64,000 nt of DNA from a virus: the UHGV virus genome UHGV-1372779. One strand, written 5' to 3'. Below are positions 20,590 to 30,129 of the stretch, piece by piece; position 1 is the first letter of the stretch; the number at the start of each line of letters is the position of its first letter. Under the pieces are notes generated by a model. It worked only from the letters and a program-made list of their open reading frames with translations. It had not been told where the DNA came from and searched no databases. Both the position numbers and the translations under genes were made by a program.

Positions 20590-21630
20590 ATTTCGTATCA
20601 TTTATGTTAGCTCTATATTACTATAGAGATCAGACTATATCTTAATCTTATTTAATTATACTATAAATACTTAAATATAAATCCTTTACAACTGTTTCTT
20701 TCTCCATTTAGAACTTTTTTAACATTTGCATATCCTGCTTTTCTGCAGTCTCTCAAACATTTAAAAGTTTCCAAAAGATTACCATCAATATCATACTTAC
20801 CAATTGGAATATTCTCATATTTATGATTGGTTTTATTTCCAATTCTTTCTCCAGTATATTGTTTTTTCTTAAACTTCTTCATAAAAGGAAGTTTTTCATA
20901 AGAAAATTGATAACCATGAAATTGATGTCCTTGTTTGATGCTTCTAGGAAGATGCCCAGCACTAACATTTAAGTACTTTGCTGCATCTGTTACAGTTTCA
21001 AATTCTTTAACAAATTCTCCTTCTAGATCATACATATAAACTTTTACCTTTAAAATCTCAGGGCATCCACCTTCACCTCCGAGCTTTATATTATATGTAT
21101 CTTCTCTTTTTATATATTCTTCTGTAACTAACTCAGATTCTAATTTATAAGCCTCTTCTTTATTATCGAATATATTCAGAGTAATTCTTTTAAATTTGTC
21201 TATGCCATATTTATTAACTGCACATTGAAAAGGAGTTTTACTCTTTTTATAAGTTGCAGGTCTATTAATAAACACACCATTTCCTAAATATCCATCAAAT
21301 TTATCAGGATTTAACGTCTCATGAACTCCTATATATTGTTTATTGTTCACCAGACAAATTGTCATATACACTAAGTATTTTTTCATATTTTATATAATTA
21401 ATAAGATTTTCCCCATTTCGAACTTATGAATCTAAGTCCTACTCCTTTCGGATAGTCGTTGAACGTTCTCTAGCACTTCTAAAATAGCTTGTGTACTCTA
21501 GAGCTTCGCTGCTGATTGTCTTTAGATATACCAATTCTAAAGAGTTTCCAGCAATTAAAGGAATTTTTCTTACAACTTCCTCTGTTAAGCTACCAATGAA
21601 CAGATGTATATTGTAAGGGAGCTACTTTTT
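20590..21630 (-). mobile_element. Group I (IA-like) self-splicing intron carrying a GIY-YIG homing endonuclease ORF; the boundaries are approximate.
   Basis: Conserved core elements lie in the canonical order on the minus strand. They are P AATTGCTGGAAA (rc of 21545-21556), Q AATCAGCAGC (rc of 21508-21517), R GTTCAACGACTA (rc of 21453-21464), then the homing-endonuclease ORF, then S AAGATATAGTCTG (rc of 20631-20643), then a P9 hairpin CTCTATAGTAATATAGAG (20611-20628). Confidence 0.7.
20661..21386 (-). CDS. GIY-YIG homing endonuclease (intron-encoded, I-TevI/SegE-like).
   Basis: N-terminus KYLVYMTICLVNNKQYIGVH...R..E...N (GIY-YIG motifs); the ORF is embedded between the intron R and S elements. 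Confidence 0.7.
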   Translation of the reverse strand: MKKYLVYMTICLVNNKQYIGVHETLNPDKFDGYLGNGVFINRPATYKKSKTPFQCAVNKYGIDKFKRITLNIFDNKEEAYKLESELVTEEYIKREDTYNIKLGGEGGCPEILKVKVYMYDLEGEFVKEFETVTDAAKYLNVSAGHLPRSIKQGHQFHGYQFSYEKLPFMKKFKKKQYTGERIGNKTNHKYENIPIGKYDIDGNLLETFKCLRDCRKAGYANVKKVLNGERNSCKGFIFKYL

Positions 21631-22172
21631 AACCCCTGGTCGTGATAATCATAAGGATGAGCATTAGATAAGAAGTGAGTAGTCATTCCTGGCTTACATG
21701 CACTTAAATCTAAGTGTTGTTTTCCATCATTGTCTACAAGAACACAAGTGTATTCAAAATATTGATTAGTTCTCCAAAGAGGTCTTCTTGTTACATATAA
21801 TTGTTGATGAGAACCATCTATAACAAAGATGTCATGTTTTTCATAATATCTTTCTTTTAAAGGTATAATTATCTCGGTATTTCCAACACCGTCTCCAATA
21901 GGTTCTCCTGCAATTTCAATTCTCTTAATGAAATTAACATTAACATCCCATTCTATACAGAATGCATTAATGCTCTTAGTTCCTTTCTTTGGAATATCTT
22001 GGTAAACTAAATTTCCTAATTTATCTACCAATGTAGAAACGGTATGATTTTTGCAAAGGGAAGCAGCTAATCCTACTCTATGTTTAGCTCTTCCTAAAAA
22101 TTGTGAAAAGTCATGATATGTCCGTGATCCAGACACATTGGCTCTATTACTGATGTATTCAGCTACAAACAT
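21585..22172 (-). CDS. Putative major capsid protein, exon 1 (the ORF as given reads through into the intron; the true 5' splice site is probably near 21625-21645).
   Basis: The ORF's C-terminal tail (…LKSSSLTIYICSLVA) is encoded by intron sequence upstream of the P element, and the gene directly follows the scaffold-like gene. Confidence 0.4.
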   Translation of the reverse strand: MFVAEYISNRANVSGSRTYHDFSQFLGRAKHRVGLAASLCKNHTVSTLVDKLGNLVYQDIPKKGTKSINAFCIEWDVNVNFIKRIEIAGEPIGDGVGNTEIIIPLKERYYEKHDIFVIDGSHQQLYVTRRPLWRTNQYFEYTCVLVDNDGKQHLDLSACKPGMTTHFLSNAHPYDYHDQGLKSSSLTIYICSLVA

Positions 22173-22203
22173 TTAATTTAAATTTTAAAGTTTAACTAAT
22201 ATT

Positions 22204-23316
22204 TTATTGTTTAAGTTTAAACAACATACTTAGATCATCCTCATCAGATAGTACTGATGTGCTTTTAACAGTTACATTTGATTTTGGACTAGGTTTGTTG
22301 TTTCCCTTAGGGTTGGATGGATTTTTTAAATTTTGTATTTCTTTATCTTTTTTAGATAATTCACTCATATAAGCAGTGTGAAGATTTTGAAGTAGCTCAT
22401 CACCATGTGCCATGAAGAAGGCCATCTTAAATAACTTTTCAGGGTTATTTAAATCCATTGCCAATTTACTAGCCCCATTTAAGGTAGGTTTAAACGCATA
22501 ATCATAAGTAGAAGTTAAATCTCTATCTTCAAGATCTACACCAGAGAAGTTTTTATATTTATTGCCAGCTTCTTTAAAAGAATTTAAGAATTGCTGTTGT
22601 TCTTCTGTGGTAACTTGTTGATTATTTTGATTATTTTGTTCTTCAAGTTGTTGCTGTTCTAATTCTTTATAAATCTCTCTAAGTCTTTCAACTTTTTTAG
22701 TGAACAGATTAGGATTTTCTTTAGCTCTTTCTACTTCATCATGAATTTCTTCATCTGTCCAATCTTCATATCTCTCTTTAAGATCAAAAGCTAGAATCTC
22801 TTCATCAGAGAGATTATCTACACTGAATTGAACATTATTATCAAGATATTCTTGAATACCTTGTTGTTTATAGTAGTTAATCATTTCCTCTTGAGATAAC
22901 TCATGCTCTCTCATAAATGATATTAACTGTATTTCATCTTTACTTAAATCATAATCTTCATTTGGGGAAGTATTTAAAATTTGTAGCTTCTCCTCATTGG
23001 TCAATTCATCAAATGATTTGGTAACTATTGCTCCAAAATCATTTTCTATTTTAATATTATTAGGATCTTTAAATCCTCTTGCCTTTAGTGCCTCAGTAAT
23101 TAAATCAAATTGCTCTGTGGCTACAGGATTAGATGGATCGGGATTGTTTCCATCTTGGTTCTGTGGATCTGGTTCAGTTGGAGGTTCTGGATTAGAATTA
23201 TTTCCTTCTTGTGAACCATCTGGAAGATTTGTCAGTAATGAAGGATCATTTCCATCAGGATTTGGTTCTCCTTTACCTTCTTCTAATCCTAATAATAAAT
23301 CTAAATCATCATTCAT
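22204..23316 (-). CDS. Scaffolding-like protein: acidic, Gln/Glu-rich coiled coil, 370 aa.
   Basis: Highly acidic low-complexity N-terminus, a central coiled coil (EEQNNQNNQQ...), and a position immediately 5' of the capsid candidate. Confidence 0.4.
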   Translation of the reverse strand: MNDDLDLLLGLEEGKGEPNPDGNDPSLLTNLPDGSQEGNNSNPEPPTEPDPQNQDGNNPDPSNPVATEQFDLITEALKARGFKDPNNIKIENDFGAIVTKSFDELTNEEKLQILNTSPNEDYDLSKDEIQLISFMREHELSQEEMINYYKQQGIQEYLDNNVQFSVDNLSDEEILAFDLKERYEDWTDEEIHDEVERAKENPNLFTKKVERLREIYKELEQQQLEEQNNQNNQQVTTEEQQQFLNSFKEAGNKYKNFSGVDLEDRDLTSTYDYAFKPTLNGASKLAMDLNNPEKLFKMAFFMAHGDELLQNLHTAYMSELSKKDKEIQNLKNPSNPKGNNKPSPKSNVTVKSTSVLSDEDDLSMLFKLKQ

Positions 23317-23336
23317 AGTATATCTATGTTAGTTAA

Positions 23337-23627
23337 TTATAGACTATTAATATAGTCATAGAAAGTAATTAAATCTTTATGTCTAATTGGCCATACAGAT
23401 TTATTAACTATTTTCTTAATAGATTCTATAGACTCAGAAGGAAGATCAAAAGATTCAACTTCAATGTTCTCTTCTAAAACATCCATAAGTTCCATATCTT
23501 TCTTCATTTGTCCTAGTGAAAGTCCTTCTGGACTCGCTTGTCTATACAAAAATAAAAGTAACTTTGCATAATTAGCATCCTCATTCTCTACGAGTCTTAA
23601 TTCCGTATTTCTATTCTCAAATTTCAT
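23337..23627 (-). CDS. Hypothetical protein (96 aa).
   Basis: ORF track; a Bacteroidetes-type promoter lies upstream. Confidence 0.45.
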   Translation of the reverse strand: MKFENRNTELRLVENEDANYAKLLLFLYRQASPEGLSLGQMKKDMELMDVLEENIEVESFDLPSESIESIKKIVNKSVWPIRHKDLITFYDYINSL

Positions 23628-23655
23628 ATCATTTAAAGTTTATAGTTTTATTTTG

Positions 23656-23687
23656 CAAATATAGATATTATTTAGACTGAATCCAAA
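23656..23687 (-). promoter_or_regulatory. Bacteroidetes-type promoter: TTTG (rc of 23684-23687), a 20-nt spacer, then TATATTTG (rc of 23656-23663).
   Basis: Exact match to the TTTG-N19-21-TAnnTTTG architecture on the minus strand, about 30 nt upstream of the ATG at 23627. Confidence 0.45.
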
Positions 23688-23702
23688 TAAACAAAATATT
23701 TT

Positions 23703-24344
23703 TTAATTTTTGATTTTTATTAGCTCTATGTTAATATCACTTCCAAAATCTTTAGCTTTAGCATAAGTTTTATCTATATAATGATTTCTGAAGCCAATTA
23801 AAGAGTACCCATGCTCTTTCCTTTTTCTAAAATTATACCAATGTATAACATCATAGTAATTAGTTACTACTATAGTTAAATCTATTTTTGCATCCTTGAA
23901 TACAAGATCAATTTTGTTATTTTTTATAGTTAATTCTCCTTGAACAGTGATACATTTAATTGGTTCTGTAAAATGTATAATAGTATCTTTAGACGCATCA
24001 ATTTGTTGTACTATAGTATCTTTGAGCGTAATAGTATCTGTTATTGTTATCTTTCCTATTGATGTTAAATTTTTTATCTTTATATCTTTTTCTTTAATTA
24101 TATCCTTATATAATGAATCTTGTTTCAAGATTAAGGTTTTAAATTGCTTTTCAGAAACATTGTATACCTTTTGTATAGAATCTTTTTGAATTAGCTCTGT
24201 AGTGTGGAGGTCTTTTAAATCTCTTATCTCTGTAGCCTGATTCCAACAAGTTTTTGTTATGAATATTATATAAATAATAGCTATTATAATAAGAGTATAT
24301 TTAGTTATTATCTTTTTCATATTCTTTTCTTCCATAATTATCAA
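23703..24344 (-). CDS. Membrane-anchored protein with an N-terminal TM segment (213 aa).
   Basis: The hydrophobic stretch IITKYTLIIIAIIYIIFI lies near the N-terminus. Confidence 0.45.
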   Translation of the reverse strand: MIIMEEKNMKKIITKYTLIIIAIIYIIFITKTCWNQATEIRDLKDLHTTELIQKDSIQKVYNVSEKQFKTLILKQDSLYKDIIKEKDIKIKNLTSIGKITITDTITLKDTIVQQIDASKDTIIHFTEPIKCITVQGELTIKNNKIDLVFKDAKIDLTIVVTNYYDVIHWYNFRKRKEHGYSLIGFRNHYIDKTYAKAKDFGSDINIELIKIKN

Positions 24345-24564
24345 TTTTCTTTTCCTTCACACTAACCCCTAAAAGACCTAATCCTGATGTAATTAAGGTT
24401 CCTATAAAGATTAATATTGATTCATCTATTACTCCAACTGGATCTAGTGATAGAGCAGCTATGTACCCTATTACTATTCCAGACAGAGTTAAAATTGTTC
24501 CTATAATTCTTTTAGAGGATAAATCTCCATTTGTTCCTCTAAAAATTTCTCTAAATATATTCAT
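24301..24564 (-). CDS. Small two-TM membrane protein with a charged C-terminus; a holin-like candidate.
   Basis: Two hydrophobic segments and a Lys/Glu-rich tail across 87 aa. Confidence 0.3.
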   Translation of the reverse strand: MNIFREIFRGTNGDLSSKRIIGTILTLSGIVIGYIAALSLDPVGVIDESILIFIGTLITSGLGLLGVSVKEKKIDNYGRKEYEKDNN

Positions 24565-24566
24565 GA

Positions 24567-27500
24567 TTAATCATCACCCATTCTTCCTTTGATTAGTCTC
24601 CACCCTTCTGATGTATAGATAAATCCGGCTGCTCTTTGTTCTATTAGCCAGAACCATCCATTCATAAGCATTATCTCTATTCTATGAGATCCATAAGTGT
24701 TGGTATTATATATATAACATACTTGTCCTATTCTTCCTCCATTTAAAGAAACATTTCTAGTAGTATCATTAGAATTTATTTCTATGTAAGATATACCATC
24801 CAAATTTAATGGATAGGGATTATCTGAATCTCCAGACGTTATAGTAACAGAAATAGCTTTTGTTAAAGATAGGTCTTTAATTATAGTTTTTCCACTCAAA
24901 ATACATTCATTACTAACTTGGAGGTTATTAAAAACTCCTACAAGACTCCCATTTAGCCTTCCAAAGAATGAATCTTGGTTATACCAATAATTACTAACAG
25001 TATCTTTAGTTCCAAATACTAATCCGAAGATAGACTGTGAAGAAATAGAAGTTTTTACTTTACCCATAGCTAACCCATCTCTGTATCTATCTCCTTCTGA
25101 ACTTCTATCTGGGTCAAAGATTTCATAACTAAAATCTGATAATAGTATATCTCCTATATAATCTCCTACATTAATTTGAAATGCTCCATTTATCACATCC
25201 CCATTCACAAATAATTTACCTCCTTGAGTAACAACAAATGGTGCAATCGGAGTATCACTTGTTCCATTTAGGTTATTCAATACTGTGTTCATAGCTGACT
25301 CTAAAGTTCCTCCTGCCCAGTATCTAACTAGATCATCTCCTGATAAACTACCTTGATCTTTAGATGCAGTAATTCCTGATTTAGGAGCAAGCATGGTAAC
25401 ATCTCCATCTGAATTCCAATACAAATTATTATAGGCTAATAATCCACTACCATCATTATTAAATCTCCAAGGGTTATTATTATCATCACTCATTCTTAAC
25501 CCGTACATAGTTCCATCTGGGAGAAATTTAACATGAGGCCTCTCTACAGTAGTTACTACTCCATCAAGGGAAGTTGATTCTACTAATTCTATTCCTCCTG
25601 TAATACCCTCTTCACTAAATCTCCACTTAGTTATTATATCCTCTCCTGATATGGCTTTTATTTCTATTTTAGAACTTCTCATATAGTCTCCTTCTGGAAG
25701 TTTGCTACCTATATATATGTCAGCTTCTAATATTCTGGGATTTATATATCCATTTTTTATGATCATTCTATTAGAGGTAGCCCAAGATACCATATCTATG
25801 TATCCAAGATATCCTATTTTAGATGCAAAGTCTTCTCTTAACCCAGTTTGAATAGTGTTAAATCTTTCCCAATCAGAGACATTTCCAGGCTTAGAAGTTA
25901 TTCCTTCTTCTATTTCTTCTTTAGTTAATTCTATAGAAGAATTACATACTAATATTTCATAGTCATAATTCATCCAGAAATCTCCAACTGCATAGGGTCC
26001 TTTAGGCACATTCTTAGAAAAATATAGAGTTCCATTTGAACCTAGTATTTTTAAGCTATTACATATGCTAATTTGAAGAGGAACTAAGTCTACTTCTATG
26101 TATGTGGGGTCTTCTGGGTCTTTAGGACTAGGATAAGTAGTCACAACACTCCCATCAATATAACAAGTTGTAGATCCATTTTTAGTATAGTTATAAACAT
26201 TCAAACTAGCTCCTCCAGAAGGAATTTCCATAACTTTTTCTATATACATAGGAGGTCTGTCTGGAAAATTATCACTATATGTGGGATCCATTTTTTTATT
26301 AGGATCAGTATCATAGTTATAGTCTTCACTTCTCATATCTGGAACAACGTATTCTGGATTTTTGATAATTCTCTTTTCGCCTGGGCTATAGTCTCCATTA
26401 TAAAAAGCTAAACAGTCTGAATCTTCATTAGTTATGAATTCTTTTAATAAATGCGCCTTAGAAATGTTTATAGAATTTGCTTCTATAAAATTTCCAACAT
26501 CTACTAAATTTGATTTATTATGTCCATATACAGATGATCTTCCGATTATATAAGAATTATTACTATATAATCCACACTCATTCTTTAAACTTAATCCCCT
26601 ATAAATAGAGTTAGATAAATCTCCAAATTTACATTTAGAATCTTCTGAATATTCTGTATTATTTACTTCTTCTAAAATTTCTACTATAGGTTTATTACTG
26701 TCAAAAGCTGAAAGATAAATTATATTTTGTCTATTTATATCTACTACATTACCAAATTGACACAGTTCATCCCCAACTTCTATCATTCCACTTATATCTT
26801 CTATTACAGTAGGAGATTCATCTTCCTCATCCTCATCTTCTGAAGGTATGTCTTCATCTTCATCTGGATTAGGATACTTACTAAATTGATCTATATCAAT
26901 ATATACTTTACTATCAATTACATCCCTAATCCAAACTATATAATCTTTAGATCTAGGGTATTTTAAAGATTTGCATCTTACTAGATCATTCTTAGTAAAT
27001 GGAAGAAATTCTTCATTAAATGTTAGTTCATATACATCTACATTAACTAGATTACCTGTTTTTATATAGTTTTCATCTACCTCTTCGAACTCCATCTCTT
27101 CTATAATAGAGATTCCTTTAATTATAGCACTGCCCTGAGACATTACTGTGGCCCCTCTTATGGATCTAGCTTTTTCTAGTGTAAGTTCTGGAATATTTAA
27201 ATCATCTCTTACTAATATTGAATCTATCTCTAGAGTATATTTTCCTCCATCTTCATATATACTATATCCAGACCCATCAATACCAGGAGAGAAGTCATAG
27301 GATTCTACATTAGAAGTAGTAATTCCTCCATTTACGGAGGTTTCTATTCTATTATCAACATAAAGGTCTCCTGATATATTAGTATTTACATTTATATTTA
27401 AATTTTCTTCTGATAACTCTATTTTTGGAGATTCTTCATTATTATAGTATATTCCTAAAGAATCTTCAACTAGCTTTAATTTAAATAGTATAGAGTTATT

Positions 27501-28109
27501 ATATAAAGAGACTAGGTCTTCTCCTATTATATTTATTTTAGAATTGAGTATAGGATTTTTGGAGTCCCCAAAAGTTACATTTCCTTTAACAACTCCTCCA
27601 TCTTTTAAATTCAAATATATTTCTTCAAAACCATTAGCGGTTTTTAGAAAATGTCTTCCTTCGCTTATAATAAAGTAAGGATAGTTAATTGGGAGTTCTA
27701 CAGAATCATCAGTTTTATAATTAAGTATCTGCTTTAAATTACCTAATACTAGTTTGATTTGATCTTCAGTTAAGCTTTGTTTATTATTATAGGACAAAAA
27801 TCCTTCAATGCTTCCACCTTCTCCCTGAATAGATAGATTTATTAAAGAATTTCCATATTTTATATAGAATTGTCCTTCATCTTTTGTAAAATATATACCA
27901 TCAGACTTAATATCTGAGGCAGAGGTGACTTCATTGATTATTGGAGGGAAAGTAACATCTATTTTACCATTTTTAATTAGGTTCAGGAAAGAATTCCCGA
28001 ACCTAACTTTAACATTACCTTTTCCATTTAATATAACATCAGTAGTGCCATCGCCTACTATAGTATATATTTTATCTAATATTCTTTCATGTTTTACTAA
28101 CTCTCCCAT
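24567..28109 (-). CDS. Large virion structural protein (1180 aa) with an acidic DE-rich insert.
   Basis: Long ORF; NPDEDEDIPSEDEDEEDE segment; structural-module context. Confidence 0.55.
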   Translation of the reverse strand: MGELVKHERILDKIYTIVGDGTTDVILNGKGNVKVRFGNSFLNLIKNGKIDVTFPPIINEVTSASDIKSDGIYFTKDEGQFYIKYGNSLINLSIQGEGGSIEGFLSYNNKQSLTEDQIKLVLGNLKQILNYKTDDSVELPINYPYFIISEGRHFLKTANGFEEIYLNLKDGGVVKGNVTFGDSKNPILNSKINIIGEDLVSLYNNSILFKLKLVEDSLGIYYNNEESPKIELSEENLNINVNTNISGDLYVDNRIETSVNGGITTSNVESYDFSPGIDGSGYSIYEDGGKYTLEIDSILVRDDLNIPELTLEKARSIRGATVMSQGSAIIKGISIIEEMEFEEVDENYIKTGNLVNVDVYELTFNEEFLPFTKNDLVRCKSLKYPRSKDYIVWIRDVIDSKVYIDIDQFSKYPNPDEDEDIPSEDEDEEDESPTVIEDISGMIEVGDELCQFGNVVDINRQNIIYLSAFDSNKPIVEILEEVNNTEYSEDSKCKFGDLSNSIYRGLSLKNECGLYSNNSYIIGRSSVYGHNKSNLVDVGNFIEANSINISKAHLLKEFITNEDSDCLAFYNGDYSPGEKRIIKNPEYVVPDMRSEDYNYDTDPNKKMDPTYSDNFPDRPPMYIEKVMEIPSGGASLNVYNYTKNGSTTCYIDGSVVTTYPSPKDPEDPTYIEVDLVPLQISICNSLKILGSNGTLYFSKNVPKGPYAVGDFWMNYDYEILVCNSSIELTKEEIEEGITSKPGNVSDWERFNTIQTGLREDFASKIGYLGYIDMVSWATSNRMIIKNGYINPRILEADIYIGSKLPEGDYMRSSKIEIKAISGEDIITKWRFSEEGITGGIELVESTSLDGVVTTVERPHVKFLPDGTMYGLRMSDDNNNPWRFNNDGSGLLAYNNLYWNSDGDVTMLAPKSGITASKDQGSLSGDDLVRYWAGGTLESAMNTVLNNLNGTSDTPIAPFVVTQGGKLFVNGDVINGAFQINVGDYIGDILLSDFSYEIFDPDRSSEGDRYRDGLAMGKVKTSISSQSIFGLVFGTKDTVSNYWYNQDSFFGRLNGSLVGVFNNLQVSNECILSGKTIIKDLSLTKAISVTITSGDSDNPYPLNLDGISYIEINSNDTTRNVSLNGGRIGQVCYIYNTNTYGSHRIEIMLMNGWFWLIEQRAAGFIYTSEGWRLIKGRMGDD

Positions 28110-28124
28110 TGTTTATATTTTAAA

Positions 28125-28445
28125 TCACCCTTCTAGTGCTGCAACTCTTGCTTCTAAGCTAGATACCTTAGAAGCTAAAGTCTGAAGTAATTCTTTATCA
28201 CTATTAGTATAATCATTAGAAGATAGTCCTTTACCAGATACCTTATCCACCTTACCTTCTTCTAACTCATTAGTCTTATTAGTAAATTTAGTGTCTAAAT
28301 CATCTATAGACCCTTCTAACTCATTCTTAGTATCTTCAATAATTTCTAAAGTCTCATCTTGGTTGGAGTTTATCTTCACTACCATATCCCTCAGATTATC
28401 TCCACCCTGATTGTTTGCTAATCTTCCTAAAATAAGTTTATTCAT
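28125..28445 (-). CDS. Small protein carrying the conserved tail-fibre N-terminal anchor motif plus one fibre repeat (GKGLSSNDYTNSDKE).
   Basis: Its N-terminus ILGRLANNQGGDNLRDMVVKIN parallels the N-termini of the 30130-32406 and 32436-39128 fibre genes. Confidence 0.5.
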   Translation of the reverse strand: MNKLILGRLANNQGGDNLRDMVVKINSNQDETLEIIEDTKNELEGSIDDLDTKFTNKTNELEEGKVDKVSGKGLSSNDYTNSDKELLQTLASKVSSLEARVAALEG

Positions 28446-28448
28446 ATC

Positions 28449-28811
28449 TTAATTTATTCCTAATTCTGCACAATCAGAATCAACTATAGATTTAATTTCT
28501 GCTCTTATATTCAAGAAATCTAAATATTTCTGAATATAAGATTCATCTAATAACCCCTCTTTCGCAGAGTTATAATCATTGATTAATTTCTTTTCATCTT
28601 CGTTAGTCCAAATGGACTCAATTGCTGCTTTTAAAATAGTATCACTATCTGGTTGTCCATAGAATACAATCTCATTACATTTATATTGAGTTGCAGGCTC
28701 TTCACCTTCTTCTCTCTCAACTGTAATTTGTTCTATGCCCCATCTATAGAAATACTTATTATTAACTATTTTTTCTAATTTTTCAGGCTGAAAGTCATAA
28801 TATGCGTTCAT
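28449..28811 (-). CDS. Hypothetical acidic protein immediately 3' of the DGR RT, overlapping its stop by 17 nt.
   Basis: ORF track. It is acidic, so it does not resemble Avd. Confidence 0.4.
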   Translation of the reverse strand: MNAYYDFQPEKLEKIVNNKYFYRWGIEQITVEREEGEEPATQYKCNEIVFYGQPDSDTILKAAIESIWTNEDEKKLINDYNSAKEGLLDESYIQKYLDFLNIRAEIKSIVDSDCAELGIN

Positions 28812-29808
28812 AATCTTGTCTAATTAAATGTTTCGGATTATAAATTTTGTTTAATAAATTCTGTGAATTACAATGTTTAGCCCAACTCCTATAACTAGAC
28901 ATTATCATTTTATATTGTCTGTAGCATAAGTATCTTTTATTAGTTCTAGCAGCTAATTTAGCAAACTTCTTCTTTGTCTTTTTTCTTAACAAAGTATGAG
29001 TATGCCTAAATACATATCCTACAAAGTCTATTCCTCTTATGGCAACAGGAAAGACTTGATAATTTTGTTTAACAGTTAATTTTAATGTTGCAAGATATTC
29101 CTTGATTTCTATTAATAAGTTATGAAGAAATTCTTTATTAGAATGTAATATAACTATATCATCGGCATATCTGTAATAAAATTTAACTCCTTTGACTTCT
29201 TTCAACCAATGGTCAAAATATGCTAAGAATAAATTAGCAAAGAATTGTGATAGATAGTTACCTATAGGAACCCCAGGTGCAGAGTCTATTATCTCATCTA
29301 ATAGAGATAATAGTTTTTTATCCTTTATCTTTTTCCTGATTATCTTCTTCAATATATCATGATCTATTGAAGGATAGAATTTTTTAATATCAAGTTTAAG
29401 ACAATATTTAGTTTCCTCTACATTTTGTCTAAGTTCTTTTTTTAATTTTCTAACTATTCTATGTATTCCTCTGTTTTTAATACAACTATATGTATCAGCA
29501 GTGAATACAGAAACCCAAATTGGCTCCATGATATTCATTATAGCATGGTGTACTATTCTATCTGGATAATATGGAAGCCTAAAGATTTCTCTTTCTTTAG
29601 GCTCATATATTTTAAATATTTTATATTCTGAGGTTTTATATGTACCAGATTTTAATTGTTCATGAAGTTTAAGAATATTTTCTTTTCTATTCTTATCATG
29701 TTTCATTACTCCAAAACTTCTGGTTTTGCCCTTTCTAGCTTTAGAATCAGCTAACTCTAGGTTTTCTATACTAATTATTTGCTCAAATAAATTATTGATT
29801 CTTTTCAT
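28795..29808 (-). CDS. Diversity-generating retroelement (DGR) reverse transcriptase.
   Basis: YADD catalytic box (YRYADDIVIL); the DGR-specific motif VPIGNYLSQ (I/LGxxxSQ replacing the group-II QGxxxSP); the TR lies immediately upstream and the VR is in the adjacent gene. Confidence 0.85.
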   Translation of the reverse strand: MKRINNLFEQIISIENLELADSKARKGKTRSFGVMKHDKNRKENILKLHEQLKSGTYKTSEYKIFKIYEPKEREIFRLPYYPDRIVHHAIMNIMEPIWVSVFTADTYSCIKNRGIHRIVRKLKKELRQNVEETKYCLKLDIKKFYPSIDHDILKKIIRKKIKDKKLLSLLDEIIDSAPGVPIGNYLSQFFANLFLAYFDHWLKEVKGVKFYYRYADDIVILHSNKEFLHNLLIEIKEYLATLKLTVKQNYQVFPVAIRGIDFVGYVFRHTHTLLRKKTKKKFAKLAARTNKRYLCYRQYKMIMSSYRSWAKHCNSQNLLNKIYNPKHLIRQDYERIL

Positions 29809-29974
29809 ATTTTTGTTTTCTAATGGGAACTTTCAAATTGCATTTGCATTGCAATTACTACACTATGGTATTTTTGCACTGTTGCACTTTTACTAATACC
29901 CTCTGAAGGGTTTATTTTTTGCCAAGAGGCAAGGCCTTCACAAGTATATATTAGTTTTTGATATTCTTGAAAAC
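29809..29974 (-). ncRNA. Spacer between the DGR TR and the RT, with several short hairpins; candidate structured RNA element of the TR transcript.
   Basis: Non-coding, contains GC-rich hairpins (TTGCCAAGAGGCAA; CCCTCTGAAGGG; TGCATTTGCATTGCAA), and lies between the TR 3' end and the RT start. Confidence 0.4.
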
Positions 29975-30083
29975 ACTAAGCTGGCCGCTGACATTGGCAT
30001 TGGCATTAGACACGCTGTTGTTCGAATTACAGTAGCTGAAACTGGAGTTGGCACTGTTATTACAAGAGCTACCAAGCAGCAAC
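29975..30083 (-). repeat. DGR template repeat (TR), 109 bp.
   Basis: 89 of 109 bases identical to the VR. All 20 mismatches fall at plus-strand T, which is adenine on the coding (minus) strand. In the VR frame the TR encodes runs of AAY (Asn) and AGY (Ser) codons. Confidence 0.85.
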
Positions 30084-30129
30084 AAGGTTGTGAACAGCCT
30101 ATATTATATTGTTTTTAACTCATAATATT

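Noticed and set aside
28449-28811. Avd (accessory variability determinant) candidate next to the RT
   Set aside because: The protein is acidic (Glu/Asp-rich) and lies 3' of the RT, whereas Avd is a basic four-helix protein usually between the VR and TR. It is kept only as an unclassified DGR-adjacent ORF.
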